Below are positions 25,501-39,358 of a stretch of 63,946 bases of DNA, one piece after another. This DNA comes from Octopus bimaculoides (lineage: Eukaryota). The notes beneath the pieces were generated by a model. The model searched no databases, was not told where the DNA came from, and saw nothing but the letters and a program-made list of their open reading frames with translations. The position numbers and the translations under genes are program-made. The stretch spans positions 105,825,730 through 105,889,675 of the forward strand of contig NC_068986.1 of NCBI RefSeq assembly GCF_001194135.2. Reading direction: 5' to 3'. How positions within the stretch are numbered: the stretch's first letter is position 1; the number at the start of each line of letters is the position of its first letter.

Positions 25501-28183
25501 ACACTCCTGCTGCTACATGCATATAAGCATCCTAGACTGTTTCTGAAAGCTCGTTAGCATTGATTACTCAACTCCAAATTACAAACCTTAATCCTCAAAT
25601 ATACTCTCCTCTCATGGTAAGACAGGAATAAACTTTGTGGTGGGATTTTCGCAGTTGGAAGAAACATCCTGTTGCTACTCACTCCCTGTTTTTTTTTAAT
25701 GTGACCTCTTATTTGAAGCTATATGTCTCCTTTGTTGCTTTCTTCAGACATCCTCCCTTTCACCTTTCTCGGCGTGGCTGGGGTGAGTTTCCTGTTCGGG
25801 TCCAGTTGCATTTTCACGACCAAAGAAACAAGCGGGTTGATATAATTCATCATCTAAAGGTAAGCGTATTAATCCTTTTGTCACCATATTTCTGCTGGAA
25901 TACGTTGGTTTCGTTTCATTTAATTTAGAAAATATTGAAGAATTTTTAAGCCTGTGTTTGCAACACAGATTAACCCTATTCCCCTCCGGCTCTCATTACA
26001 TCCTATTCCTTACAGGAGGGTGGGGATCATATTAACCTCTCTCTCCTATTAATCAAGTGATTAATTCTTACATTGAAAGCGCGTGAACACCATAACTAGA
26101 ATGGTATATACAGAGGTCTTGAAAGAACAGCTGTTTTTTGAAATGATCCAACTGTAAAATATATTAAAAAATACTCTAATACATCATCATTTAACGTCTG
26201 TTTTTCCATGCTGGCATGGGTTGGGTGGATTGGCAGGATCTGACAAGCCATAGTGGTGTCAGGCCCAAATGTCAGCTTTAGCATGATTTTTGCATATATC
26301 GTCATCATCCTCATTTAACAAAGTTTGACAAAGAAGGTCGGAGGGGAGGGGCTCTAACCTGCACTAAGGATCCTGAATGGCCTCTGCAGGTAGCTGTGGA
26401 GGTCATTTGGGAAACATCTTTTGCAAGGTGATTGACCCCTTCCCTGAAGACACGTTTCGCTTCCTGTTGAAGCACCTCGACCTAGCACCATCAAGGTGCT
26501 TGTGTGAGGCATTGAGCCTGGTCGGGTATCAGCAGGCAAGAAAATAGTGGTAAAAAAAAAGTTAAGGGGTCTTAGTGCCTTGCGTTGTAAGGGTATACAA
26601 CACAGTTTTTGAAAAATGTAAGAGGTTTAGTGCCTCATTTTTAAGGACCTTGTGTCCAAATGAACAAAAGTAAGACATTTATAACCTCAATTTGTTTAAA
26701 AACAAAAGGACAATGTTTCTGGGAAGCAGCGATCAGCAGGCGTCGTCTGCCTTCCCTCACCAATTTCATTTATTAATTTTTTTCATCCATTTCATCTTGT
26801 TCTGTATCCAGCCTGCAGCTACTTCTATGTGTGGCCTTTATGGCCAATTCTATGAAATCACGTAGCTTGCTTACCAACCACATGGTTCTGGGTTCAGTCC
26901 CACTGCGTAGCATCTTGGCCAAGTGTCTTCTATTATAGCCTCGGGCCGACCAAAGCCTTATGAGTGGATTTGGTAGACGGAAACTGAAAGAAGCCTGTCG
27001 TATATATTGCATATGTTTGTGTGTCTGTGTTTGTTTCCCTACCATCGCTTGATAACTGATGTCAGTGTGTTTATGTCCCCGTAACTTAGCAGTTCAGCAA
27101 AAGGGATTGATAGAATAAGTACTAGGCTTCTCGAGTCGATTTGTTCGACTAGGGGCAGTGCTCCAGCATGGCTGCAGTCAAATGACTGAAACAAATAATA
27201 ATAATAATAATTAAGGGATTATGTACAATCTACGTGACCCCCCCCCCTCATCACCACTTCATGTAAAAACCTGGTTAACATAAGTATTCCAATAACCAGA
27301 GGATGATCAGGTATACTTCCACAAATGAGAAAACAGAGCGCTTCATGAATCCAAAGTATTATCAGTAGGCATGTTATGAGCCTCACAGACTGAACTATAG
27401 TTAATTCAATTGAGGAAAAGACACATCAGATCAATGTTACGGTTGTTTCCATAAAGGAAAGTTGTTTGTTCCATCCCACTTGTCAAGTAATACATGCTAT
27501 ACATGCAATATATATAACAACAATGCTAATTGTTTACTTTATCATTTAATGTCAGTGTTCTATGCTAGCATGGGTGGGATGGTACCACAAACGCCGGCCT
27601 GGCCAAAACCTGTACTGGTCTTCTGTGACTGTTTTGGCAGGACTTTTACAGCTGGATGCTCTTAATACCAACCACTCAGCAGAGTGTACTTTGTGCTTTT
27701 TACGTGGCACAAGCACAGGCGAGGTCAGTTTTGGCAAGGTTTTTACAGCCGGATGCCCTTCTGAACACCAACCACTTTACAGTGTGGACTAGATGCTTTT
27801 AAGTGGCACCTGCCCTGACAGGGTCACCGAGTACCTTGCAAGACAAAAACTTTTAAGAGGAGAGAAGATACACACACATATATATATATATATAAACATA
27901 ATTAAGGGATCAGCAAGCATTTGCTTCACCATATACCGAAGTTCAGAAATAGCAGCTTAAAAAAGCTGAGACTCCACCAGATAGCTGCTATTTCTGAACT
28001 TCGGTATATGGTGAAGCAAATGCTTGCTGATCCCTTAATTATGTTTATAAATGTATGGGAACTTTTAAATAAGTTCTCCACCGATAATGGTGCTTACATA
28101 CCGAAGGGCTTGGTAAAAATTATTAATTGTTGATTTATTAATATATTAATAAATTGATAAATCTTTACCCTTTTAATTTGTAA

Positions 28184-28224
<41 letters not shown>

Positions 28225-29334
28225 TTTCAGTAGTATAATATATAATATACTAGCTGACCACGTGCCGTCAACAATGATGGTCAATTGTAGAATTTTATAT
28301 ATAAACAAGGTACATATCAATTACACATACAAACATTCACATCCCTGTGTATATATATATTTAACATTTTTTCTTATTTTTTTGCTCTCTTTCTAGCTTG
28401 ATCGAACATATACAGGTCTGCAGACATTCGGTGCTGAAACGGTGAGTATAACATTGGTTCTTTTTCTTTTTTGTTTTCCTTTTAGTCTTTGCTTTTCTTT
28501 AGTATTCTTTCTCATGCATAGGTATATGGTTATAAATATAGATGTGTGAGCATGTGTATATTCTGTTATTCTTTTAGTCATTTGACTGTGGCCATGCTGG
28601 AGCACCGCCTTTAGTCGGACAAATCAATCTCAGGACTTATTCTTTGTAAGCCTAGTACTTATTGTGTCGGTCGTTTTTGCTGAACCGCTAAGTTACGGAG
28701 ACGTAGACACACCAGCATTGGTTGTTGAGCAATGGTGGAGGGACAATCACTGACACTCAAATATATATATATATATATATATATANNNNNNNNNNNNNNN
28801 NNNNNNNNNNNNNNNNNNNNNNNNNNNNNNNNNNNNNNNNNNNNNNNNNNNNNNNNNNNNNNNNNNNNNNNNNNNNNNNNNNNNNNNNNNNNNNNNNNNN
28901 NNNNNNNNNNNNNNNNNNNNNNNNNNNNNNNNNNNNNNNNNNNNNNNNNNNNNNNNNNNNNNNNNNNNNNNNNNNNNNNNNNNNNNNNNNNNNNNNNNNN
29001 NNNNNNNNNNNNNNNNNNNNNNNNNNNNNNNNNNNNNNNNNNNNNNAAAGATGATTGCAGTACGCACGTTTCATGCTACTCCATTTATTTAAGTAATGCG
29101 AGCATAGACTTGGCTATGTCAAGATGGATTTTTATATATTCTTCCTCCCACTTGGATTTGAAAATGTTGCCACAATTATAATATGTCTATTCTACTGTGA
29201 TTTTCTGCATTTTCCTGCAGCTGAAGATTGCTCTGCATATTGCACTTAATGTAATGCTCGCATTACTTAAATAAATGGAGTAGCATGAAACGTGCGTACT
29301 GCAATCATCTTTGAAATCCGTGTTGCTTATTTTG

Positions 29335-29377
<43 letters not shown>

Positions 29378-32300
29378 AAGAACCAGTTAGTTAAGTACTG
29401 GGTGTGATTTAATTGACTATACTTAACCGTCAAAATTAGTGGCTTTAATGAATTCCCTCTTCCTTTATCTTACTTTCTCACTTCTTTTCCTCTCCTTTCC
29501 AACTGAGGCATCCATGTATCTACTCTACAGCCAGACCCCCTATATCTGCCCTCTCTATACCTTAAATTTCTCATCAACTGGCACAAAACCACACCCTGTC
29601 AATACTACTCCCTACCTTCTTAGTTGAGGCGTTTTGTCTTGTAAGGTACTTGGTGATTCTGTTGGTGATGGGACCATGTAAAAAAAAAAAACACCCTACA
29701 CACTCTGTAAAGCGGTTGCTGTTAGGAAGTGCCCTTAGAACCTATTCTGAAACAGACGAGTGGAGTCTGGTGCCGCCTTCCATTTTGCCAGCTCCTGTCA
29801 GACCGTCCAACCCACACTAGCATGGAAAACGGATGTTCGATGGTGATGATGACCAACTAAGTATTTGGTGTGACTTAATTGACTGTAGTTAGCTTTCGAA
29901 ATTTACGGCCTCTGTGAATTATCTACATGTGTTCCCTGTTGATATAACTAATCCCCTTTATGTGTCTTGTTTTATACAGACGGTCGAAATTGAAATTGAG
30001 AAAGGAAGACCATCTGAGAATGATTCACCAGTTACAACATCTACATCATCTAATGTCTCTTGCGCAACTAAAACTCAAGCCCCTGTTGCGGGAACCCAAT
30101 CCCAAGATTCTGGTGAAAGGACCCAAGATTCCAGACTGAACTCTAATGGTGTCACATCATCATCTCCAAGTGAAATAGTTTCTGCTGTAAACCCCAAAGT
30201 TGCAACAGAAAAGGAAAACACGACTGTTAGCGAATTAAAGAAGGAACTAGTGTTGGATTCCTCGAATGTCAAAAATGGTGTGTTGCCCAGTGATACAACA
30301 AAATCGCCAAGTAAATTGAAAGTATACAAATTAACCGTTGGTAGTTCCTCGTCAACAGTTAACGAAGTCCCTCTGTGTTTACTGCCAGAAAACTCTGAGA
30401 GTTTTTCTCTTGCCAACAGCACCTCTACTCCATTGATCACATCTGCAGTTTCTGGCAGTGATGCAAAAGTGACATGCACAGCAGCAACACCACCAATAAT
30501 AACAACAGCAGCAGCAGCAGCGATGACTATAACAGCAGCATCACCAGTGATAACAAAAACTGCTACACCAGAGACAACAATAATTGCATCACCGGCAGCA
30601 TCATTAACAACAACAACAGCAACATCATTTACAACTATAACACCAGCACCAGCACCAGTTGCAACAATAACACCTGTGACGTTGGCTACAACAACAACAA
30701 CAACAGCCACAAATCTAACAAAACCTGTTATTTCTTGTAATACTACCCTTCCTTATTTTGTCACGTTGACCTCACTTCCCAGCTCTAAGCTACCAATTCC
30801 TGTTGCTGCTGTTCCCGTCGCTGTGTCCAAACAAAAATTTGCTGCTGTTGCATCGACGACGACAACAACAACAGCAAGTTCCACCAGTATTGTTGGATCG
30901 ACAGCAACAACTGCCACAATAACAACAGCAGCCTCTGTATTGCCTGCTACCGCTATTTTAGCACCAAAACCTGCGAATCTTCAAGGAGCAGCACCGGTTC
31001 CTATGAAGGTTCAAAACTTGCAGAACCTTCCTCTCAACACTCTGCTGAAGTGTCTCAACAACCAAGGTAAAGTGCTCTTAATGTCACAACCTCTAGTTGG
31101 TAAATCAACGACATGTCTGCCCGCGAGTGCTTTAGTCTCGTCACAAACTAATACTGCATCTCCAGTCTCTGCAACAGTTACAAGTTTGCTTCACAGCAAC
31201 TCATCGTCTGTCACCACAACAACATCAAGCACCAAACCTCCTATAACTATTTCAAAACCTTTCCTAACGAATGATGCTATTAAGAAGGTCCCCAATAACA
31301 TTGATGTTCGATCACTTGATAGTAGTAGTGGTGCTACTAAAACATACACAATTCAATTGGGTTCAGCTTCTAATTTACCAGAAGTTTCTGGGCAGAATGA
31401 TTCTGTCTTAAAAGATAAAGCTAATCCCAAAAAAGAAAACACACCAGTTATCTCCCCATTCCGAGTAACTTCAAAAGGTTTGATTTCCATTCCAAGCAGC
31501 ACAGTTGGGGTGTGTTGGTCATCACCTGTCACTGTTCAGTCTTCACTTTCACAAATAAATAAGCCAAATCCAGTTGCTTCTCATACCTTGCTCAGTATGG
31601 GTTCATTGTCTCAATCCAACGTTTTGCCAACGTCTCTCATGTCCCTGTCTTCTAAAGTGCCAACCACAACAAATACTTCTGTAATATTATTATCCTCTTC
31701 ACCAGTCAACAAGAACACTTCCCTTCTTGCTGCTAGCTCACCTGTAAAGAAAACTATAACTCAACCAGGGATTTTCATTCCGACTGTGACACCTGGTGTC
31801 GTTCGACCCCTTGTCAGCGAAATCAAAAGTACACCAGGCAAATCTTCCCTTTTGCTTCTCAGTTCAACAACGAGTGGCCTAAATAAGGGACCTATTGTGA
31901 CAGGTAACAAAATTCTTCAAAGCTCTCCTTCTGTTATGAACAGTGTTTCAGTTTCAAATACTTCTGGTACGACCACCCCCATACAACCTTTCATCTTGAG
32001 CTCCAGTAATTCTTCAATCAGTCCTGCTGCTACACGTCTTCCTCTGATGTCACAGAGCACTCCAGTGATAAATGTCGGTATGCAAAATGTGAAAACTCTA
32101 GCGAGATCTGGAGAATGGCGACAGCCAGTTAGGTGTAATCTAGTGACTAGTAGTTCTACACTTCAAACATTGCCTTCAACTTTCAGCACAGGGAAACAAA
32201 CCTATGTGTTAACAACCACACGAAATAAGGGTCTGTCTCTGTTACCTTCACATCTCTTCTTGAAACCCAATACAGAAACGAAACCAGATGCCTGTCAGTC

Positions 32301-35300
32301 ACTTCTTACAAAATCTTCAACTTCCAACATGAACACTACCCAGCCTGTTTTGTCTGGCATTGGGTCAACACCTAATACTGTGGCTACCACATCTGGTAGT
32401 TTATTGAACACACCTAGACCTATGCTGTTGCTTAAGAATCCAAACAAGACTGCAATGATTGTTACACCTGTTAATAACTCTACCATGCCAACAGGTAGAA
32501 TTTGGCCATCTGCATCGGTTGCAGAGAAACCTGCCAACAGTAATATTACAAGCAGCCAAGAAGGGGCAGGCACCAATGTTTCTCTTCAGGTACAATATTC
32601 AAATGGTAATCTGGTCCTGGCCCCACCATCTGGCTTTGGTAACAACAGCTTATCACAGAAAGTGCTTCTTAAAGTAATACCGTCCACTTCAACATGTAAC
32701 CCATCTTCTGTAAGTAGTTTACCAAAGAGCAGTAACGGAACTGTCTCGCTCAGCACTGTAACTACAACTGTTAGCTCTACCACCTTTCCCAAAACAACAT
32801 CTGTGATTACCAAACAGGTGAGACCAACTGTATGTGAGAAAAAGATCCATGGTTACAATAAAGCCAAAAAAATCCAACCAGTTAATATCTCAGTTCCTTC
32901 AATCAAGTAAGAATTTCCCATTATTTTTCAATTATGTTTTTTATTTGTTATGTTTTTATTTAAGCAGGTACATGTGCGGTTAAGAAGTAGGAACCTTGCT
33001 ACTTACTTCCCAACCTTGTGGTCTTGGGTTCAGTCCCATTGTGTGGCACCTTCAGTTTAGTGTACTGGAGTCCCAGACCACAATCAAAGCCTTCTGATTA
33101 AATTTAGTTGGCAAAGACTGAACGAAACATCTGTGTGTGTGTGTGTGTGTGTGAGTTGTTGGTGTTGGGAAGGGCATCTCCAGCTTTAGAATCCCTACCT
33201 AAACGGATGCAGCAGCCTAGGATAGTTTTTCTACCTGGCTGGCTTCTGTCAGCTGCATGGAAGATGTTACATGAAGGACATGATCTTGGTAGTGGTTGGT
33301 TCATCATGAAATGACTTCAGTACCTAACTTTGATCAAGTAGGAAAGGCACTTTTCATTTTCCTAACAGCTTTAACTAAAATCTCTTGTGTGGTGGAAGAG
33401 GCTACAAAAGTCTCGAGACAGATGCTTTCCTCTTTGGTTAAATCACCATCAAATTTTCCAAGTTTCACTCGAAAGGGATGCTGAACAGGGAGAAAAAAAG
33501 TGGCTTCCTTTAGTGAGTTTGTTAAAAGGTGGGTGACTGTGGTGAAAATGGTTAAGAGTCTATGGAAGTGTTCTGTGTTTGTATCTGTGGGTCAGAGAAC
33601 AACAGTTGAGAAGAGGTCAGGATATCTTGTCTCTGTGGAGTTCTTTAACTGATCCTAGTTGGAGATCGTCTTCTCTCAATCCAAAAGATTGTACCATCTA
33701 TATATTTCTATACTACACATGCGCAGGAGTGGCTGTGTGGTAAGTAGCTTGCTTACCAACCACATGGTTCCGGGTTCATTCCCACTGCGTGGCATCTTGG
33801 GCAAGTTTTTTTCTACTATAGTCTCTGGCCGACCAAAGCCTTGTCAGTGGATTTGGTAGACGGAAAACTGAAAGAAGCCCGTCATATATATGTGTTTGTC
33901 CCCCCAACTTCGCTTGACAATTAATGCTGGTGTATTTACATTCCCGTAACTTAGCTGTTCGGCAAAAGAGACCAATAGAATAAGTACTAGGCTTCCAAAG
34001 AATAAGTCCTGGGGTCGATTTGCTCGACTAAAGGCAGTGCTCCAGCATGGCCGCAGTCAAATGACTGAAACAAGTAAAAGAGTAAAGAGTATGCTCTGTT
34101 ATCATATCCATCTTCTGTAAATTTGCTCACTTTATAGAATGTGTCTCTGTACTGTTATCTTCCTCTTATACCCCTCTGGCAAATAAAAGAAATTATCATC
34201 TCATTATTTTCCATTCTATTTGTTTTTTGTTTTACTTATTTAGCTTCAATGCATTAACCGACATGATGTCAGTCATCCGAGCTGTAGTCCGTCTGCACCC
34301 ACTGGTCAGTGAAGGTGTTGACCGTTCTCTACATCCATATGCAACGGATACTGTTGAACAATGGCTGTCTTGGAATATAGGCAAGAGAAGGGCATCAGAA
34401 GTAAGATAACACTTTTGTTGGTTGTTTTTTTTTTCTTCTTTTCTCTTATTACTAAGAATCTTCTTTGTGATCATAGAATTTGAAGCAGAAGTTTTGTAGA
34501 AGGATGTCAGTCCTACCAACATTATAGATTTGGAAATGGTCACTTAGTAATTATCCTTTTGTATTTTGGTATAACTGGAAAACTAGATTGGTGGATTGCT
34601 TGTGGTCATTCACCTGATCACCTGATTGTAATAGGTCAGCTTGAGTAGAGCTGTCTGGGTGTTATATAACAGCGCTACTTAAACGTTTTTTATTCATGAC
34701 CCTACTTTTCATCACGGGATTTTTCATGACCCCAGCTATTGAATATGAAATAAAACATACAAATAAATACATAAATCATTAATTTTTTTTGCTGAACAAT
34801 ATACATATAAAAAAAATGGAGTTATATTATTTGTCAAAATAAAAGTGGTTTTAGGATTTGTGCATTTGTGAAATTACATATAAACTGAAATTCAAAACTG
34901 TTTTGAATATAATTTTCGTGATCCCAACATTTCGCTTTGCAGCCCCATTTGTTGTTGCGACCCATAGTTTAAGAAGTGCAGTTATATGACAATAACTCTT
35001 TTTACAATTACTTAAGTATAATTTTTTGGGTATTAATTAGTATAAGGCGAGCTGGCAGAATCATTAGCACACTGGGCAAAAATGCTTGGCAGTATTTCGT
35101 CTGCTGCTACGTTCTGAGTTCAAATTCTGCCGAAGTTGATTTTGCCTTTCATTCTTTTGGGGTCGATTAAATAAGTACCATTTGTGCACTGGGGTTGATG
35201 TAATTGACTCAATCCCTTTGTCTGTCCTTGTTTGTCTCCTCTATGTTTAGCCCCTTGTGGGCAATAAAGAAATAAATATTTAGTGGCATTTTGTCTGTCT

Positions 35301-38300
35301 TCATGTTCTTTGTTCAAATTCTGCCTGGCTGTCCAGCCTTTGTCTTTTTCTGTCCAAAGAGGTTTTTAAACAAGATAATCTACAACTTTATGTAAAAACA
35401 AATTATTTCGTGTTCTCTCAAAGTTTCTAAATTCATATGACATTAACAATATCCCTTAACAATTATGACATTTAACGGTCGTGGCATGAACATGGCTTCT
35501 GAAATTGAGAAATGCAAAGGGTTGCTTTGGTCTAGTGGTAGAACATTTGTCATGTTTACAAAAGATGTTGTTTCGAGTCCTGTGAGCAGCCTTTGACTTC
35601 TCTCCGAAAAGGTTTTTTTTTATCAACATGCTATTATTTATAATTTTATCGTATTCAAGTTCTACCATTAAAAATATGTATTTTAAAATTATTTTTATAA
35701 AATTTTGTGAAACATTTTTGTCCTAATATTTTTTTTTCTCATTTTCTTTGAAATCAGTGGCAGAGAGCATCTTCTGTAAAGAATTATATCCTGAAGCTAT
35801 TATCAGGATCAGCATCAACAAACTTCAGTGCTGCCGATGTGTGGAGTACCAAACAGATATTTTCTTGGTGCCGCTTGCATGCCTACACGCCACACCATCT
35901 TGGTAAGCTATGCTGCAATATTATAACCATGTCCTAATTTTTCTTGAAAAATCTATCGTTTACCTATTTCAGTCATTGGTGCAGGAGTGGCTGTGTGGTA
36001 AGTAGCTTGCTTACAAACCACATGGTTCCGGGTTCATTCCCACTGCGTGATACCTTGGGCAAGTGTCTTCTACTATAGCCTCGGGCCGACCAAAACCTTG
36101 TGAGTGGATTTGGTAGACGGAAACTGAAAGAAGCCCGTCGTATATATGTATATATATATGTTTGTGTGTCTGTGTTTGTCCCAACAGCATCGCTTGACAA
36201 CCGATAGTGGTATGTTTACATCCCCGTAACTTAGCGGTTCGGCAAAAGAGACCGATAGAATAAGTACTAGGCTTCCAAAGAATAAGTCCTGGGGTCGATT
36301 TACTCGACTAAAAGGCGGTGCTCCAGCATGGCTGCAGTCAAATGACTGAAACAAAGAAATGNNNNNNNNNNNNNNNNNNNNNNNNNNNNNNNNNNNNNNN
36401 NNNNNNNNNNNNNNNNNNNNNNNNNNNNNNNNNNNNNNNNNNNNNNNNNNNNNNNNNNNNNNNNNNNNNNNNNNNNNNNNNNNNNNNNNNNNNNNNNNNN
36501 NNNNNNNNNNNNNNNNNNNNNNNNNNNNNNNNNNNNNNNNNNNNNNNNNNNNNNNNNNNNNNNNNNNNNNNNNNNNNNNNNNNNNNNNNNNNNNNNNNNN
36601 NNNNNNNNNNNNNNNTCGTCTCCAGCTGGCTATACGACACAATCTGTGTCCTTACATTTTCAAAGGACACAGATCGTGTTGTATAGCCAACTGGAGACGA
36701 TGTCTCCTGGGGCTAAATTGCAGCAATATTCGTCCTAAACCAGGACTGCCATGTTAAATTGGCAAACTTGCAAAGACCTGTTGGGGCAAGCGAAAGCGAA
36801 ATTGTGATGGCACCTGTGCCCAGCATCGCCTTCCTGGCACGTGTAAAGACATTCGAGTGAGATCGTTGCCAGTGCCTCCGAACTGGCTCCTGTGCATGTG
36901 GCATGTAAAATACACNNNNNNNNNNACTGGCCTTCATGCCGTTGGCACATAAAAGCACCCACTACACTCTCAGAGTGGTTGGCATTAGGAAGGGCATCCA
37001 GCTGTAGAAACTCTGCCAAATCAGATTGGAGCCTGGTGTAGCCATCTGGTTTCACCAGTCCTCAGTCAAATCGTCCAACCCATGATGATACTGTTGCTGA
37101 ATATCTCATGCTGTGAGATTTAAAAATAGTAATTTTCTAGTTATTGTATGTCTGTACTGGCAAGTTCCCTGTGTTTAAAATGTGATGAATGCTTCCGCTT
37201 CAGTGATTTCTCCTGTGTCTCTTGTTTAGAAAAACAACTCCAGCAGTTACAGTCGAGTAGCAAGTCTTTTAGTGAAGCTTCTTGTATGCTGCAGCCATTG
37301 AGTAGCTTCACTCCAATGGAGACGATAGAGAAGAGACTTGAGCAGTTGGAGGATTCAGGACAGTCTTTATGTAATGAAAATTTCTTAACAGTTGATGTAA
37401 TATCAAGAGGTAATTTAAAGTTTTGAGTTTATTTTCAAAATTCTTTGGTAGTTTTTTTTTCTTTTTAGTCTGATCAATTTAGTTTTTATTCTTTTTTTTA
37501 TTTTATTTTTCCTTAATAGGTCTTCCAAAGGTGAAGATAAAAAAGGAAGTTGATGTTGATCCTGTAACTTCTTCTGAAGATTATAAATATTTGCCCTCGC
37601 CTGATGCTTCCAATTTTGTTCACGAAACAGCTAGACAAGTAAAACTGAATTTTTATTTACCTTTTTGTGTCTTTTAATAAAGATTCCAATCTTTTCCTCT
37701 CCTTCAACCTTGAAATATTCATCTTGCAGATATTCACATCATACTTAATTAATATATTCCTATTTTGATCATAAATAGATTATAGATCTAGTTTGTGGAG
37801 GCGCAATGGCCCAGTGGTTAGGGCAGCGGACTCGCGGTTTCGATTCCCAGACAGAGCGTTGTGAGTGTTTATTGAGCGAAAACACCTAAAGCTCCACGAG
37901 GCTCTGGCAGGGGATGGTGGTGAACCCTGCTGTACTCTTTCACCACAACTTTCTCTCACTCTTACTTCCTGTTTCTGTTGTGCCTGTAATTCAAAGGGTC
38001 AGCCTTGTCACACTGTGTCACGCTGAATATCCCCGAGAACTACGTTACGGGTACACGTGTCTGTGGAGTGCTCAGCCACTTGCACGTTAATTTCACGAGC
38101 AGGCTGTTCTGTTGATCATATCAACTGGAACCCTCAACGTCGTAAGCAACGGAGTGCCAACAACAACAACAATAGATCTAGTTTATGCAACCAAAGCAGT
38201 ATTTAATTAGAATATGTATGACAAATGATCGAGGTCTTTGGCAATATGCAGTCCCTCCGCCGAGGTTGACTTTGTGTTTCACCCTCTTGGGGTCGATAAA

Positions 38301-39295
38301 TTAAGTACCAATTGAATACTGGGGTCGATCTAATCGACTGGCCCCATCCCCAAGAAATTTGGGCCTTGAGAAGCAAGATCCATCAAGCTGAGTAAAATTG
38401 TATCTGTGGAAGATACTGGTGTCACACAATTGGCACCCGTGCCGGTGACATGTAAAAGCACCCACTGCATTCTCAGAGTGGTTGGCATTAGGAAGTGCAG
38501 CCAACTGTAGAAACCATGCCAAATCAGACTGGAGTCTGGTGCAGCCCCTCAGCTTATCAGCCCTGGCCAAACCACCCAACCCATGCCAGCATGGACAATG
38601 GACGTTAAATGAGGATATATCAGACTTCATGTATCATGCTTGATATAAGTATATGCATTAAATATGCTACACATATTAAAGGTTCCTCCCAAAGGTGTCG
38701 GGAAGGGCATACAGCTTTAAAAAAGTGCCTTAATAACATATTTGTCCAACCTGTACCACCATGGAAAGACGTTTGAATGTGTGCAATTTAAAATTATCTT
38801 CTCCACTCTGTTGGGTGGTTGGTGTTAGGAAGGGCATCCAGCTTTAAAAATCCTGCCAAAACAGTCACCAAAGTCTGGTGCAGGCTTCTGCCTGCCTGGT
38901 TCTTGTACTGCCCCACCCATGCCAGCATGGAAGGTGGATGTTAAACGGTGATGAAGATATTTTATTAATTGTACGAAATATTCCCTCTTAAGACGAATAA
39001 TCTTTTCAGTTCTTGCCTGAATTGCAGAAACGAACGCTGGCTGGAGGCTGGTTATTGTGGAGAGAACATAAAGACGCATTCATACTCATACAAACTCTTG
39101 TATGCAGACACAATCTCATGTACATACAGTCTCATATTCATAAACACACTCATATACACATGCATTCTTACTGTTTTTCTGATTGCCATATCGTTTTTAT
39201 CCCTCAGGTGGGTGTGCAGTTTAAACCAACAAAGATAGAAGAAAATATCTACAGCTCCTCTTGTGAATTGATGATATATTCCGTATGTACTTGCA

Positions 39296-39358
<63 letters not shown>

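Noticed and set aside
30075-32813. Antisense ORFs 30075-30710, 32295-32576 and 32586-32813
   Set aside because: Shadow frames of the low-complexity YEATS2 exon 9; codon bias explains the lack of stops.
37148-37229. Cys-rich [26 protein letters not shown] start of ORF 37148-37426, resembling a zinc finger
   Set aside because: Splice phase requires the acceptor at 37229, so this part is intronic.
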